Below are positions 17,193 to 27,200 of a DNA stretch of 64,000 nt, in pieces. This DNA comes from Verrucomicrobiota bacterium (GTDB taxonomy: Bacteria; Verrucomicrobiota; Verrucomicrobiia; Limisphaerales; Palsa-1400). Each line of letters starts with the position of its first letter. Position 1 is the stretch's first letter. The DNA lies in contig JBEKYR010000011.1 of the NCBI GenBank assembly GCA_049510745.1, positions 73,932 through 137,931 of the forward strand, read 5' to 3'. A program made the position numbers and the translations under genes. The notes beneath the pieces were generated by a model that searched no databases, had not been told where the DNA came from, and saw nothing but the letters and a program-made list of their open reading frames with translations.

Positions 17193-20033
17193 CTACTGAT
17201 TTTTTATAGGCGAAGGCGGCGGTTCCGGCAGGGCGATGGCTTGGTCTGTTTCGGCTTCAAGTTCGTCAAGTTGGATGAGCACCCTCTCCCAGCGGGAGGC
17301 GCCCAGCGATAAGGCGGCGCCGTCTTTGGCGCTGTACTCCTGGCCGGGAGCAATGACGGTGGTTCCTTTTCGACTGAAGGTCCGAAGCGGGGTCACCGAT
17401 AGTTTATCGGCAGAATCAGGTCCGGGGGCGGTGATCATGTAGCAGCCCAAGCCGCCGCCTTCGATGACGGAACGGCCGGCGGCATCGCTGATCTCAAGGG
17501 TGTTGCCCGGCACCAAGGCGCGCACGACGGTGAAGATGCGGCCGTTGCAGAGTTGGAGCACTGTCTCGGTAACGGGAACACCATTTTGGCTGCCTTCGGA
17601 GAGTTTGGCGATTTTCATCTGGCTTTCCGGGGCCAAGCGCACGGTGGTGCCTGCTCTTCTGATGAAGAAGTCGCCCCAGCTTTTTTCGCCGGTCCGGATA
17701 ATGGCGCCTTCCCCAAGAACGTGGTGAAGACGGAGCCTGTGGAAATTAGTTCCGTCATCGGAACCGAGGCATTGTCCATGGACCAATAGAACGGTGACGT
17801 TGCGGGGCGAGGAGGGCGCGGGGTCCGGGGCCAGGGTGGCGGGCAATTCTCCAGGAAAGTTTTCCAAGTCCGGCTCCTGGTATTCATCGCTGAGTTTGGA
17901 ACTGGCGAGCCAGGGTGCGCTTGGATTCCAGAGGCCGGCATCGTTGCGGGCCTCCAAATCTTCCTTTTGCCGGTTAAGATTTGCGATTTGATTGGTCAGA
18001 TCGTAGAGCAAGTTGCTCCATTGGGCGAGGCGGGATTCGGCCTGGGCTTTCTCGCGATTGAGCTGAGTAATCCGGGATCGGAAGTCGGTTTGCTCGCCAG
18101 CGAGCCTGGAATTCTGCTCCTTGGCGTCCCGGGTTTCCAGTTCTTGTTCGCGGGTCTGTTGAGCCAACGCCAGGAGGTTTGATTCCTTGAGCGCGAGGCT
18201 TGACTCGGCGAGCGAGAGTTTATTATTTGCCGACCGGAAGGTTTTTTTGGCCGCGGCGAGGTTGGAGATGAATTGTTGGAGTTCCACCTCTGCTTGCTGT
18301 CGTTGAAGCTCCTTAAGAGACGTGACGAGTATGACGGCCACAATGATGATCAACAGCAGACCGAGGCCGAGCGTCAGATATTGCAAAGGTCCTGCCACGG
18401 GGTCCCCGGCCCGTGCCAGGAACGGCGCTTGGCGGGGAGGTTCGGACTTTTGCGCGGGGAGTTCCTTTTCTTCCGGTGGCCGGCGTTCTTCCTGGTCCGT
18501 GGAATGGGATTGCGCCGCCGGCGCCGCGTTCCGCGCTTTGTCCCCGCGCTGGAAGAAATCTTCAAGAATGCGACCGGCCGAGGCGTCAACAAGCTCTGCG
18601 GTGATCAGGCCGGCTCCAGGCTGCCCCTGGGGCGGGCGTTTGCGAGTCTCATTGAGTTGCTGGCAGAAAAAGCTGAGCAACGGCGGTTCAATGCGGAGTT
18701 TGTCCAATGGTTCGATGGCTCCGCCCGGCGCGGGCGATCTTGCGGACGAGGGCGGGGTTTCGCGTCCGAGGCGGCGGACTATCGTTTCAGCCAGGCTGTC
18801 GGGGTTGGCAGGATCGAAGAGGCGCCGGCCTGGACCGAGCACTGCCTGGAGGGCTTGCCATCCATTGAATGGCTTGAGGAAAAAGTGGTTTTGGGTGATG
18901 GAAGGAATTTGTCCGCCGCGGGCGAGGAGTTGTGGAAGGTGGTCTTGACGCAGGCAGATCACCACCTTGAACCAGTGGCGCTTTGTTCCAGAGTCGGAGG
19001 ACGGACGGTTGGGCGGGCTGATAGTTTCCCGGACGCGATTCCCGGCCAGATTCGCGATCTGGGTCCAGAGGGCTTCAACGTGGCCGCCAGCGGCGGGATC
19101 GGTGGCATCGAAAGCAAGGACGTCTTCAAACTGGTCGAAGATCAAGACGGGCAGGAGAAGGATCCGGTCGAAGGCAACCCAGCGCGAATTTTGCAGATAA
19201 AAATACTCCCAGAGGGTCTGGCCTTCACCGAAGGGCGCGCCGTCAATCTGGCGCTCTCGGAGAACGCGGTTGATGGCATCGCGCACTTGTTGGACTGGAG
19301 GCTCCGCGCCGGCGCATTGCAGGCGGAGATAGACCGGCTCCAATCTCATGCGGTCGAACAGCGGCTTGAGGCCGGCCCGCAAGAGAGAGCTTTTGCCGAC
19401 GCCCGGCTGGCCCAGCACCACTGTGACGACTCCGCGTTCGAGTCGTTGCACCAGTTCAAGTTGTTCGTTCTCGCGTCCGAAAAAATAAGCGTGTTCGTTG
19501 GGCAAGAAGGAATCCAGCCCAGGCCACGGGTTGTCCGGTGTCAGCGGCATCCGATCCCTGGTTTCGGCCGAGGGCATTGGGATGCAAGAGCTTTTGATTC
19601 CATGGGTGGCGCGTTGGATTCTTGCTGTCAGATCGTTGAACAGTTCCCGGGAAGGCGGGTAAATGGTCATGAAGTCGGCAGCCGATTCCCCGGAAGAACA
19701 CCTGGAGCAAACCAGTTCCAGCAAAGCTGTGTTGGCGATCACTTTGAACGGACACCCTGCGCCGACGATGATGGGGACTACTGCGCGCAGCACGTCGTCA
19801 GCGATTGCAGGATGAACAGAAAGACGGATTTCAAACCCGGCCACGGCGGGAGAAGTCTCTCCAGCCGGCCACAGATGGGTAAAAATGCCTTCCGACACTT
19901 TCCGCCATCGGTCTCCAGCGAATGTGGATAGAAGAGGGGTGAAACTGTGGGACCGGGGGCTGACCATGCGTTGCGGCTTTGCAGGGTCTGGGACGGCATC
20001 CACAAGGCAAATGTGAACTTCACCACTATTCAT
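17193..20033 (-). CDS. Chimeric STAND (nSTAND1-like) NTPase with N-terminal lanthipeptide-lyase-like domain, TM helix, coiled coil and C-terminal FecR-like domain
   Basis: NPWPGLDSF...FFGRE, Walker A GQPGVGKSSLLRAGL, Walker B VLIFDQFED; TM LTLGLGLLLIIIVAVILV; EGAIIRTGEKS...TVRLAPES; start at MNSGEV is uncertain. Confidence 0.78.
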   Translation of the reverse strand: MNSGEVHICLVDAVPDPAKPQRMVSPRSHSFTPLLSTFAGDRWRKVSEGIFTHLWPAGETSPAVAGFEIRLSVHPAIADDVLRAVVPIIVGAGCPFKVIANTALLELVCSRCSSGESAADFMTIYPPSRELFNDLTARIQRATHGIKSSCIPMPSAETRDRMPLTPDNPWPGLDSFLPNEHAYFFGRENEQLELVQRLERGVVTVVLGQPGVGKSSLLRAGLKPLFDRMRLEPVYLRLQCAGAEPPVQQVRDAINRVLRERQIDGAPFGEGQTLWEYFYLQNSRWVAFDRILLLPVLIFDQFEDVLAFDATDPAAGGHVEALWTQIANLAGNRVRETISPPNRPSSDSGTKRHWFKVVICLRQDHLPQLLARGGQIPSITQNHFFLKPFNGWQALQAVLGPGRRLFDPANPDSLAETIVRRLGRETPPSSARSPAPGGAIEPLDKLRIEPPLLSFFCQQLNETRKRPPQGQPGAGLITAELVDASAGRILEDFFQRGDKARNAAPAAQSHSTDQEERRPPEEKELPAQKSEPPRQAPFLARAGDPVAGPLQYLTLGLGLLLIIIVAVILVTSLKELQRQQAEVELQQFISNLAAAKKTFRSANNKLSLAESSLALKESNLLALAQQTREQELETRDAKEQNSRLAGEQTDFRSRITQLNREKAQAESRLAQWSNLLYDLTNQIANLNRQKEDLEARNDAGLWNPSAPWLASSKLSDEYQEPDLENFPGELPATLAPDPAPSSPRNVTVLLVHGQCLGSDDGTNFHRLRLHHVLGEGAIIRTGEKSWGDFFIRRAGTTVRLAPESQMKIAKLSEGSQNGVPVTETVLQLCNGRIFTVVRALVPGNTLEISDAAGRSVIEGGGLGCYMITAPGPDSADKLSVTPLRTFSRKGTTVIAPGQEYSAKDGAALSLGASRWERVLIQLDELEAETDQAIALPEPPPSPIKNQ

Positions 20034-20194
20034 GGTATCGTCGTGCAAGAAATAATTTATGAAAGCGCCGGTGTATGCAAGAGAAATCGGACAAGCGCAG
20101 GCGGATTGCCTGAGGCGCAACCCTATTCCTCCGAAACGGCGCGGAATGAACCGGGAAACATCGATGGCGACGCGTGAACGGCGTTCAATGCACC

Positions 20195-22327
20195 TCAATT
20201 TTCAGCGAGGATTTTTTGCAATTCGCGATGGTTGACTTTGCCGGTGCCCAGTTTCGGGATGTCATGCACAAATTTGACCTCGCGCGGGGCGTAGAGGTTG
20301 CTCAGGCCTTTGGCTTTGATCGCGGCGCGGATTTCGTCCAGGGTCAGTTTCGGCTCGTTCGAGACGGCGACCAGGGCTTCGCCGCGGTCGGGATCGGGGC
20401 GGGAGAGGACGGCGACCTGGAAGCGCAGGCCGTATTGGGGAAAAGCGCCGGCCAGCGCCTCCTCGGCGGCGGTCAGGCTGACCATTTCCCCGCTGACCTT
20501 GGCAAAGCGTTTGAGGCGGCCCAGGATGTAGAGGAAACCGTCTTCGTCCACGCGGGCGATGTCGCCGGTGTCGTACCAGCCGCCCTGCGCCTGGAAGAGG
20601 GCGTTGGGTTCGGGGTTCAAATAGCCGCGCATGATGTTGGGGCCGCGCAACCAGAGGCGCCCGCCCTCGGGCACGCCTTGGACCGGCTCGAATTTGTATT
20701 CGATGCCCGGCAGGAATCTTCCGGCGGAGCCAAAACGCGGGGAAACGCCGGAGTTCATCGTGATGGCCGGGCTGCATTCGGTCGCGCCGTAACCTTCGAG
20801 CACGCGGACGCCGTATTGGCGCGCCCAGGCGTTGGCGGTGACTTCCTGCAATTTCTCCGCGCCGGCGATGAGCAGGCGCAAGGAGCGGAAATCATACGGG
20901 TTGGCCTTGCGCGCGTAGCCGTTGAGGAAGGTGTTGGTGCCGAAGAAAATCGTGCAATCCAGATCGTAAAAGAGCGTCGGAATGACGCGATAACGCAGCG
21001 GCGACGGATAGAGAAAAGTGAAAATGCCCCGCGCCAGCGGCAGGAGCAAGCCGAGCAAGCCAAAGCTGTGAAACAGAGGCAGGGCGTTGAAGAACCGGTC
21101 GCCATCCGTCAAATCGAGCACCGCCAGCACTTGGCGGATGTTGGCCAGCAGATTCCCGTGCGACAGCGCAACGCCCTTGGGCGGCCCTTCGGAACCGCTG
21201 GTGAAGAGAATGACGGCGGTGTCCTCGCGCCGCCCGGCGCCGGCGATGGATTCCGGCCGGAAAAGGGCGGCGGCCAGCGCCCGCCATTGCGCCCCGCGCG
21301 AAATGCCCGCGCGCACGTCCTCCAGATAAATAAACGTGATGCCCGCGTCCACCATCGGCTGGAGGTTTAACCTGGCCCGCTCCAAAAACAGCCTGGAGGT
21401 GATAATTTGTTTGACGCCCGCCAATTGCGCGCACGCCAGCATGGTGGGCACGCCGCTGGAAAAATTGAAAATGGCGGGAACGCGGTCCGCCGACCACAGA
21501 CTCAGCAGCGTGAGCGGGACGGCGTTGGAATTGGGCAGCAGGACGCCGACGTGTGCGCCGGGTTCGGAGGAGAGCAACGCGCGCCAGCGGGCCGCCAGGG
21601 CGGCCGTGCCGGCCAGCAAGCGGCGGTAGTTGAGCCGTTGGCGGGAAACATCCTGCAGCACCACCGCCGAGGGCCAGAGGCGGGCGGAGCGGACGATCTC
21701 GCCCAAGACAGTGGAGGCCGCGAGGGGCATCTCGACGGCAAATTGCTGTTGCACCATGATGTCCTGCAGCCAGCGGGTCAACTTCTGGCGGGCGCGCGTG
21801 GTGCTGATCCCGGTCAATTGGGGCGGGGTGAGAAGGTCGCTGAAGTGGGCGGAGACGGTCGGGAAGCATTGTTTGCGGTTGGGATTGGGCGAGAAAGGCA
21901 GGCGCTGGACGCCGCGTAAATAGCAGGTGATGAGGCGGGCGTTGGTCTTGAAGAGGAGGAAGCCGGTGCCGTCGAAAAGTTTCATGAGCGAGCCGGTGCG
22001 GGAAAGGCGGCCTTCGGGGAAGAGGACCAGTTTTCCGCCGGCCTGGAGGAATTCCGCCATGCGTTTGACAGCATAAGGGGAATCGGTTTCGACCGGGAAG
22101 GTGAAGCGGTTGAGCATGAGAGCGCGATGCACCCAACTGGTCTGGGCGGCTTCCTTGGAGGTGACGAAGCGCCAGCGGTCGTCCAGGCAGACGATGAGAA
22201 AGAGCCAATCGAGCCAGGAAGCGTGGTTGGGCAGGAGGATGACCGGGCCGGGCGCGCCGAGGGCGGCCACATTCTCGGCGCGAAACCGGAAGAGAACCCG
22301 CAAGAGGAAACGAAGGAGGGTTTTCAT
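20195..22327 (-). CDS. aas: Bifunctional 2-acylglycerophosphoethanolamine acyltransferase / acyl-ACP synthetase
   Basis: PlsC motifs PNHASWLD and FPEGR; AMP-binding FTSGSEGPPKGV, EGYGATE, WYDTGD, GRLKRFAKVSGEMVSL. Confidence 0.95.
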   Translation of the reverse strand: MKTLLRFLLRVLFRFRAENVAALGAPGPVILLPNHASWLDWLFLIVCLDDRWRFVTSKEAAQTSWVHRALMLNRFTFPVETDSPYAVKRMAEFLQAGGKLVLFPEGRLSRTGSLMKLFDGTGFLLFKTNARLITCYLRGVQRLPFSPNPNRKQCFPTVSAHFSDLLTPPQLTGISTTRARQKLTRWLQDIMVQQQFAVEMPLAASTVLGEIVRSARLWPSAVVLQDVSRQRLNYRRLLAGTAALAARWRALLSSEPGAHVGVLLPNSNAVPLTLLSLWSADRVPAIFNFSSGVPTMLACAQLAGVKQIITSRLFLERARLNLQPMVDAGITFIYLEDVRAGISRGAQWRALAAALFRPESIAGAGRREDTAVILFTSGSEGPPKGVALSHGNLLANIRQVLAVLDLTDGDRFFNALPLFHSFGLLGLLLPLARGIFTFLYPSPLRYRVIPTLFYDLDCTIFFGTNTFLNGYARKANPYDFRSLRLLIAGAEKLQEVTANAWARQYGVRVLEGYGATECSPAITMNSGVSPRFGSAGRFLPGIEYKFEPVQGVPEGGRLWLRGPNIMRGYLNPEPNALFQAQGGWYDTGDIARVDEDGFLYILGRLKRFAKVSGEMVSLTAAEEALAGAFPQYGLRFQVAVLSRPDPDRGEALVAVSNEPKLTLDEIRAAIKAKGLSNLYAPREVKFVHDIPKLGTGKVNHRELQKILAEN

Positions 22328-23736
22328 GTTGAGAGTTGGGCAGGCTCTGGCCCGCGCGAAAAGAAATCCACGGAAAGCCACAGGATCAGCGCGACTGTGA
22401 CGGCGACCGAGACCGGTGCCAACAACCGGTCCGGCGGCAGGCGGCCTCGCGTCGGCAACTCAAGCCGGGCCGAGAGCAAGGCCGCCTGGCCCGGAAAGGG
22501 CGCGGATGCCACGACGCGGCCATTCGGTTGGGCAAATTGCGAGACGCCCGAACTGCAGAGTCGAAAAACCGGAACCGCATACTCGGCCGCCCGCATAGGG
22601 GCCACCCGCCCATGCAGTTCATGCTCATGCTTCCCCCAATCGACGGGGTCCATCGTCGGGAAAATCAATGCCTGGGCGCCCTGCCGAATCAGTTCGTCGG
22701 TGACTCGCGTGTAGCTGGCATCGTAACAGATGCAAAAGCCAAGTTTGCCCCACGGCGAATTCCAGACGTGTTGTTCGCGGGCCGGCAGGCCGTCCTTCAT
22801 AAACTGTATAGGCACGCACTTGGCTTGCTGGAAAACGACGGCGCCATTAGGCCCCACGACGAATGCGGTATTGTAATACTGTATTGGGGAGATCGGATCT
22901 TTCCCGCCAGCCACCAGCCATTTCCGGTGGTCCTTGCACCAATCCCGAATCGATTGCGGGATTGGTCCGTCGAAGGTGTATTCGCTGAGCACAAACAGGT
23001 CGGTTTGGGGAAATCTCTTGAGCGCGCCGTTCAATGCCGATCTTGCCTCCAGCGGGGCGGGGAACTCCAATTGCACTCCGGTCACGTTCAACACTGTGGA
23101 GGCCCGGCTGCGATAAGCCGTGGGCAGGGCGGGCAAAGCTGAGACGGCAGCCAGGGCGATTCCACAGACCATGCGCGCGGCTTTGGACAACTGGGGAAAA
23201 ACGTGCAGAAAGGCAGCCCAAGCCATGAGCAGAAAGCCAATGCCGTACACCCCGTATCCGGCGATAAAATGCAACCAAGCCGAATGGGAAAAGACGTAAC
23301 CGGCGTTCAGCCAGGAAAAACGCAAATAATAGAGTTCGCTGCGGAAATACTCCAATCCGGTCCAAAGGAACGGCGCGACACAGGCCCAGGCAATGGGTCC
23401 GAATCGGAACAGGCACGCTCTGCCAATCAAGAGAAACAGTCCGAGCCAAGCCGACGGGACGCACCACAGGGTAATGGCCGCCTTGCCAAAAATGGTCCAG
23501 AAAAACCCCAGATGAGGCGCATACGCTGCAAGCCCGATGCCGAACCCAAAATAGAAGGCCAACCGGCAAGTCGAAAGACCGGCGAGTCGAAACAGGCAGT
23601 AGAGAAAAATCCCGATGCACCAGTGGCTCCAAGTGAACAGGTAGGCCAGGTGGAACGCCGCCAGCGCCGCCAGCGCCAGCAAGAAGGCCGATGACAGTTG
23701 CAACGGCTTATTTGGTATTGACGTCGATGCGATCAT
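22324..23736 (-). CDS. Apolipoprotein N-acyltransferase-like protein (membrane domain plus CN-hydrolase)
   Basis: Multi-TM N-half with LWTGLEYFRS..FSW..GY; nitrilase triad LSE / K (QAKCVP) / ICYD; YYNTAFVV. Confidence 0.8.
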   Translation of the reverse strand: MIASTSIPNKPLQLSSAFLLALAALAAFHLAYLFTWSHWCIGIFLYCLFRLAGLSTCRLAFYFGFGIGLAAYAPHLGFFWTIFGKAAITLWCVPSAWLGLFLLIGRACLFRFGPIAWACVAPFLWTGLEYFRSELYYLRFSWLNAGYVFSHSAWLHFIAGYGVYGIGFLLMAWAAFLHVFPQLSKAARMVCGIALAAVSALPALPTAYRSRASTVLNVTGVQLEFPAPLEARSALNGALKRFPQTDLFVLSEYTFDGPIPQSIRDWCKDHRKWLVAGGKDPISPIQYYNTAFVVGPNGAVVFQQAKCVPIQFMKDGLPAREQHVWNSPWGKLGFCICYDASYTRVTDELIRQGAQALIFPTMDPVDWGKHEHELHGRVAPMRAAEYAVPVFRLCSSGVSQFAQPNGRVVASAPFPGQAALLSARLELPTRGRLPPDRLLAPVSVAVTVALILWLSVDFFSRGPEPAQLST

Positions 23737-24979
23737 GCAAGCCGGCTTCCGGGATTTTCAGAAAGAGGGTGACGACGGCGACAAAGGCGGCCAGGGCCAG
23801 AAAAAGTTCGGAGGGATTGAAGCCGACCTTGACATCCAGGAAGGCGATGAGGCTGCCGCTGAGCATGGCGAGGTTCTCGAATCCGTTTTGCGTGGCAATC
23901 GTCTTGCCGAGCTTGTCCTTGTGCGACTCGGCCTGCAAGGCGGCATTGAGCGGGATGAGAAAGAGACCCGCCATCAAGCCGGTCAGAATCAGGAGCGCGA
24001 CGGCCAGGGTCAGGGGATAGTCGATTCCCCGGTCAAGGAACCAGCCAATGGACGCCAAGACGGCGATGCCGGCGGAGAGAAGCCAGCCGTAACGCCGGGT
24101 GGCGCGCAAATCGCCAACGGGATAGAGCTGGCCGGCCAGCACACTGCCGGCCATGGTGCCCAAACCGAGCCACAAGCCGAGCAGGCTGATTTGCGTCATG
24201 GTCTTCAATTTCAATACCTGCTGGCCCCAAGGTTGGAAATTCATTTTGAGGACCGCGCCGCAGACCCAGAACAGAGCCGTGCCCACCAGAACGCGCGCCA
24301 GGCGCCTTTGGGAAAAAAGATCGGCCAGATTGCGGAAGAACTGCCCGACGCTGTTCTTGAAACGCACGTCGCGGTAGGAAGGGGTGCGGGACATCAGCAG
24401 GTTCAAAGCGAGGGAAAGGGCATAAACGATGACCGTGATGGAATAGCAGGCGGAGAGCGGCAGGTGGTCAAAGGCGACGGCGCCGCCGAAGTAGCCCGTC
24501 AAGATGGCGACGACGGTGAGGAGTTCCATCATGCCGTTGGCTTTGACGAGGCGCTCGGCGGGGAGGATTTCCGGGAGGATGCCGTACTTGGCCGGCGAAT
24601 AGAGGCAGGCGCCGATGCCCACAATAAAATAGCCTGCCGCCAGCCAGCCCTGGCCGGAGAACGTGCTCAGGGCGGTGAGGGCGGCGCCGGTCAATTTGAC
24701 GGCATTGCCGCCGATGAGCCATCGGTTCTTGGAAAAGCGGTCGTTGAAGTAGCCGGCAAACGGGGCCAGCAGGACGTACGGGACAAAGAGAAGGCTGGTG
24801 TAAAAGATGTTGGCGATGCTCTGCGCCTCGGCGGTGATTTTCCCGTTCTTGAACTGTGTCAAGAACGGCCCCAGGATGATCATCAGGATGAGGTTGTCGC
24901 CGAAGGCGCTGAGGAACTGGCTGGCCAGCAGCAACGGGTAGTTGCGGCGGCTGCCGTTCTGGGCAGAGGGCTGGTCCAC
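23708..24979 (-). CDS. lplT: Lysophospholipid transporter (MFS)
   Basis: SQFLSAFGDN, PYVLLAPFAG, YSPAKYGILPE..P...LVKANG, PLNAALQ, QN..EN; adjacent to aas. Confidence 0.88.
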   Translation of the reverse strand: MDQPSAQNGSRRNYPLLLASQFLSAFGDNLILMIILGPFLTQFKNGKITAEAQSIANIFYTSLLFVPYVLLAPFAGYFNDRFSKNRWLIGGNAVKLTGAALTALSTFSGQGWLAAGYFIVGIGACLYSPAKYGILPEILPAERLVKANGMMELLTVVAILTGYFGGAVAFDHLPLSACYSITVIVYALSLALNLLMSRTPSYRDVRFKNSVGQFFRNLADLFSQRRLARVLVGTALFWVCGAVLKMNFQPWGQQVLKLKTMTQISLLGLWLGLGTMAGSVLAGQLYPVGDLRATRRYGWLLSAGIAVLASIGWFLDRGIDYPLTLAVALLILTGLMAGLFLIPLNAALQAESHKDKLGKTIATQNGFENLAMLSGSLIAFLDVKVGFNPSELFLALAAFVAVVTLFLKIPEAGLHDRIDVNTK

Positions 24980-25101
24980 GGAGATTGGTTAACGCGGCGC
25001 GGCCAATCTGGCCACATAAAAATGGCATTGTCCGGCCGGTGGTTTTTGCTATGTTGGCCTTATGGCAGGCGTGATCGAAAAACAAACCCCGTAAACGGCA
25101 A

Positions 25102-25413
25102 ATGAACCATCAGAAAATAGACCAACGCAGCCTGGCGATGGCCAAGGCCATCGTCGAAAAGATCGACCGCGATCCGGCCCGCGCGGGCGTGGGCAAGGCC
25201 AAAGCCACCTGCCAACGATGGTATCGGGAGCACCCCGGACCGGCCCTTGGGGAGTGGCTGCATATTCTTGAGCGGTCGTGGGAGGAGATTCGCCGGGTAT
25301 TACTGGAGGAGTCTGAAGAAGGAAAGCGGCTGCGGCAAAGTGGGCCGTTTTGCGGAGTTTTGACCCCGCAGGAGCGGTGGGCAATTTACCGGGCATTTCA
25401 TGAAAAGATCTGA
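25102..25413 (+). CDS. Small protein, putative antitoxin partner of the downstream nucleotidyltransferase
   Basis: 103 aa with RSLA.......I...P and RLRQS.PF.GVL motifs; overlaps next gene. Confidence 0.65.
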   Translation: MNHQKIDQRSLAMAKAIVEKIDRDPARAGVGKAKATCQRWYREHPGPALGEWLHILERSWEEIRRVLLEESEEGKRLRQSGPFCGVLTPQERWAIYRAFHEKI

Positions 25414-25927
25414 TCTTGAGCATTTGATCCGCGCCGCAGGCAGCATCGCCAATGTCCGGGAACTGATTATCATTGGAAGCCAGGCGATTCTCGGCAGCTT
25501 CCCCTGCCCGCCCCCGGAAGCCGCGGTTTCGCAGGAGGCGGACTTGTGGCCGCCTGACGCGCCGGAGAAGGCTGATCTCATCGACGGCTCCATCGGCGAG
25601 GGGTCACCGTTTCATGAGACCTTTGGTTACTACGGCCACGGCGTCGGAATGGACACGGCGGTTTTGCCGTCCAAATGGAAGTCCCGTCTGGTGCGTCTTC
25701 AAAACGAGAATACCAATCAAATTGCGGGGCTTTGTTTATCTCCGGTGGACATTGTGGTCAGCAAACTCGCGGCGGGCCGGGAGAAGGACTTGAACTACGT
25801 CCGCGCGCTGTTTAAACACCGGCTGCTCCAGCCCGCTGCGGTGGAAGCGGTATTCCCGGAATTGAACTCATCGACACTTGAGCTAATCAAGCCGCGATTG
25901 CTCCGTTGCGTTGCGGCAGCGCGGTGA
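25400..25927 (+). CDS. DUF6036-like (Pol-beta fold) nucleotidyltransferase, putative toxin
   Basis: MKRSDLEHLIRAA...IIIGSQAILG...S.EAD...IDG.IGE.S.FHETFGYY...KLAAGREKD. Confidence 0.75.
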   Translation: MKRSDLEHLIRAAGSIANVRELIIIGSQAILGSFPCPPPEAAVSQEADLWPPDAPEKADLIDGSIGEGSPFHETFGYYGHGVGMDTAVLPSKWKSRLVRLQNENTNQIAGLCLSPVDIVVSKLAAGREKDLNYVRALFKHRLLQPAAVEAVFPELNSSTLELIKPRLLRCVAAAR

Positions 25928-25951
25928 CTCGGAAAAGGCCGCAGGGCCGGG

Positions 25952-26971
25952 TCATGGTTGGTTGGCTGGATCACGAGGATAGCTAGCGCCGGGCCGCTGG
26001 CTACCGGGCGATTCGATGTAGAACAGGCCCGCAAGGCAAGTCTTCTCGGCGTCCGGCAGGGAGAGAAAGATTTTGCCGGGAATCCAGCCGTTGGACGGCT
26101 GGCCCAGCTCCAGTTGCATGGCGTAACCCGAGCTGAAGGCCTTTTGCAGCGGCGCGGAACCAGCGTTGGGCTGCCAGCGTTTGACGACCTGCGGCGTGCC
26201 TTTGCCCCTGGTTTCCCTGGAGACGCTCCACGCGCGGCCCAGCACGGTTTCACCGGCGTTGACGTTCAGGAAAATGAAAACCGCGGGGTCGGCCGCGGTG
26301 TCGCCCTGCCGCAAGCTCAAGATGACCGCGCTGCCGGAGGGTTGAAGGCGCGCGGCCTGAACGACAAAGTTCGCGCCGGCAATGCCGCCGTTGGCGCGTC
26401 CTTCGGGAATTTTTGCGGCGGGCAGGTCCAGCGTCCATTGCGCCGGGAGGAGCGGCAATTTCTCAGCCGGGTTGGGCGGCGGGGCGTCCGGTTCCAGCTT
26501 CATGCCGGCGGCGGGGCCTCCGCGCCGCTTCAAGCCCCGGTTGACTATGCCGGCGGCCATGTGCTCCGGCTCAGTCTTGTCAAGCATTACGTAGAGATTG
26601 GCGATGTGGGTCAGTTCGCCGCCGTCGGACTTGGCGGCAATCTGGCGCTGTTTCTCGTTGAAACGTTTTTGGAACGCATCCGCCCATCCCAGTCCGAAAT
26701 AGAACAAGACGCCAAAGGCGAGCAGGCCGGCGCCGATGGCGGCGAGCTTTCTGGCGGAGTATCCTGACGGCTGCGCGTGGCGAGGGGCCGTGGGACGCGG
26801 CTGGGGCCGGGCCGCGGCCGGCGGCGGGGCGGCGGGCGGCTCCGGGGAAGCGAGTTCGGGAACGATCATGCTTCCTTGGCAGGATGGGCAGGGAATTTGC
26901 TGGCCGCTCCAGCGTTGGTCGCACTGGATGGTTTGGCCGCAGTGAGGGCAGGAGAATTTGAATTCAGCCAT
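25952..26971 (-). CDS. Zinc-ribbon, Pro-rich linker, single-TM hypothetical protein
   Basis: FKFSCPHC...CPSC, Pro/Ala linker, TM AIGAGLLAFGVLFYFGL. Confidence 0.75.
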   Translation of the reverse strand: MAEFKFSCPHCGQTIQCDQRWSGQQIPCPSCQGSMIVPELASPEPPAAPPPAAARPQPRPTAPRHAQPSGYSARKLAAIGAGLLAFGVLFYFGLGWADAFQKRFNEKQRQIAAKSDGGELTHIANLYVMLDKTEPEHMAAGIVNRGLKRRGGPAAGMKLEPDAPPPNPAEKLPLLPAQWTLDLPAAKIPEGRANGGIAGANFVVQAARLQPSGSAVILSLRQGDTAADPAVFIFLNVNAGETVLGRAWSVSRETRGKGTPQVVKRWQPNAGSAPLQKAFSSGYAMQLELGQPSNGWIPGKIFLSLPDAEKTCLAGLFYIESPGSQRPGASYPRDPANQP

Positions 26972-27200
26972 AACACATTGGACGTTAATTGCCATTTCCC
27001 CGCGGTCCGGGAGCCGGGATCGAGGATCCGGGAATACTGAGCGAGAGTGCGTCCAGGGCTGCGGAATTACAAGGAAAAATCACCCCAAAAAGTAATGCCA
27101 AAAAAAATCACGCCGGGAAGCAGGGCGGTGTCTCTGCTTCCCGGCGTGGGCGAAGGAGCGGCCTGGCGGAACGGGTCTTTTGATCCGCCGGCGCCGCGGG

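Noticed and set aside
19580..20033. Lanthipeptide biosynthetic cluster
   Set aside because: Only a degenerate lyase-like fragment; no kinase, cyclase, precursor or exporter
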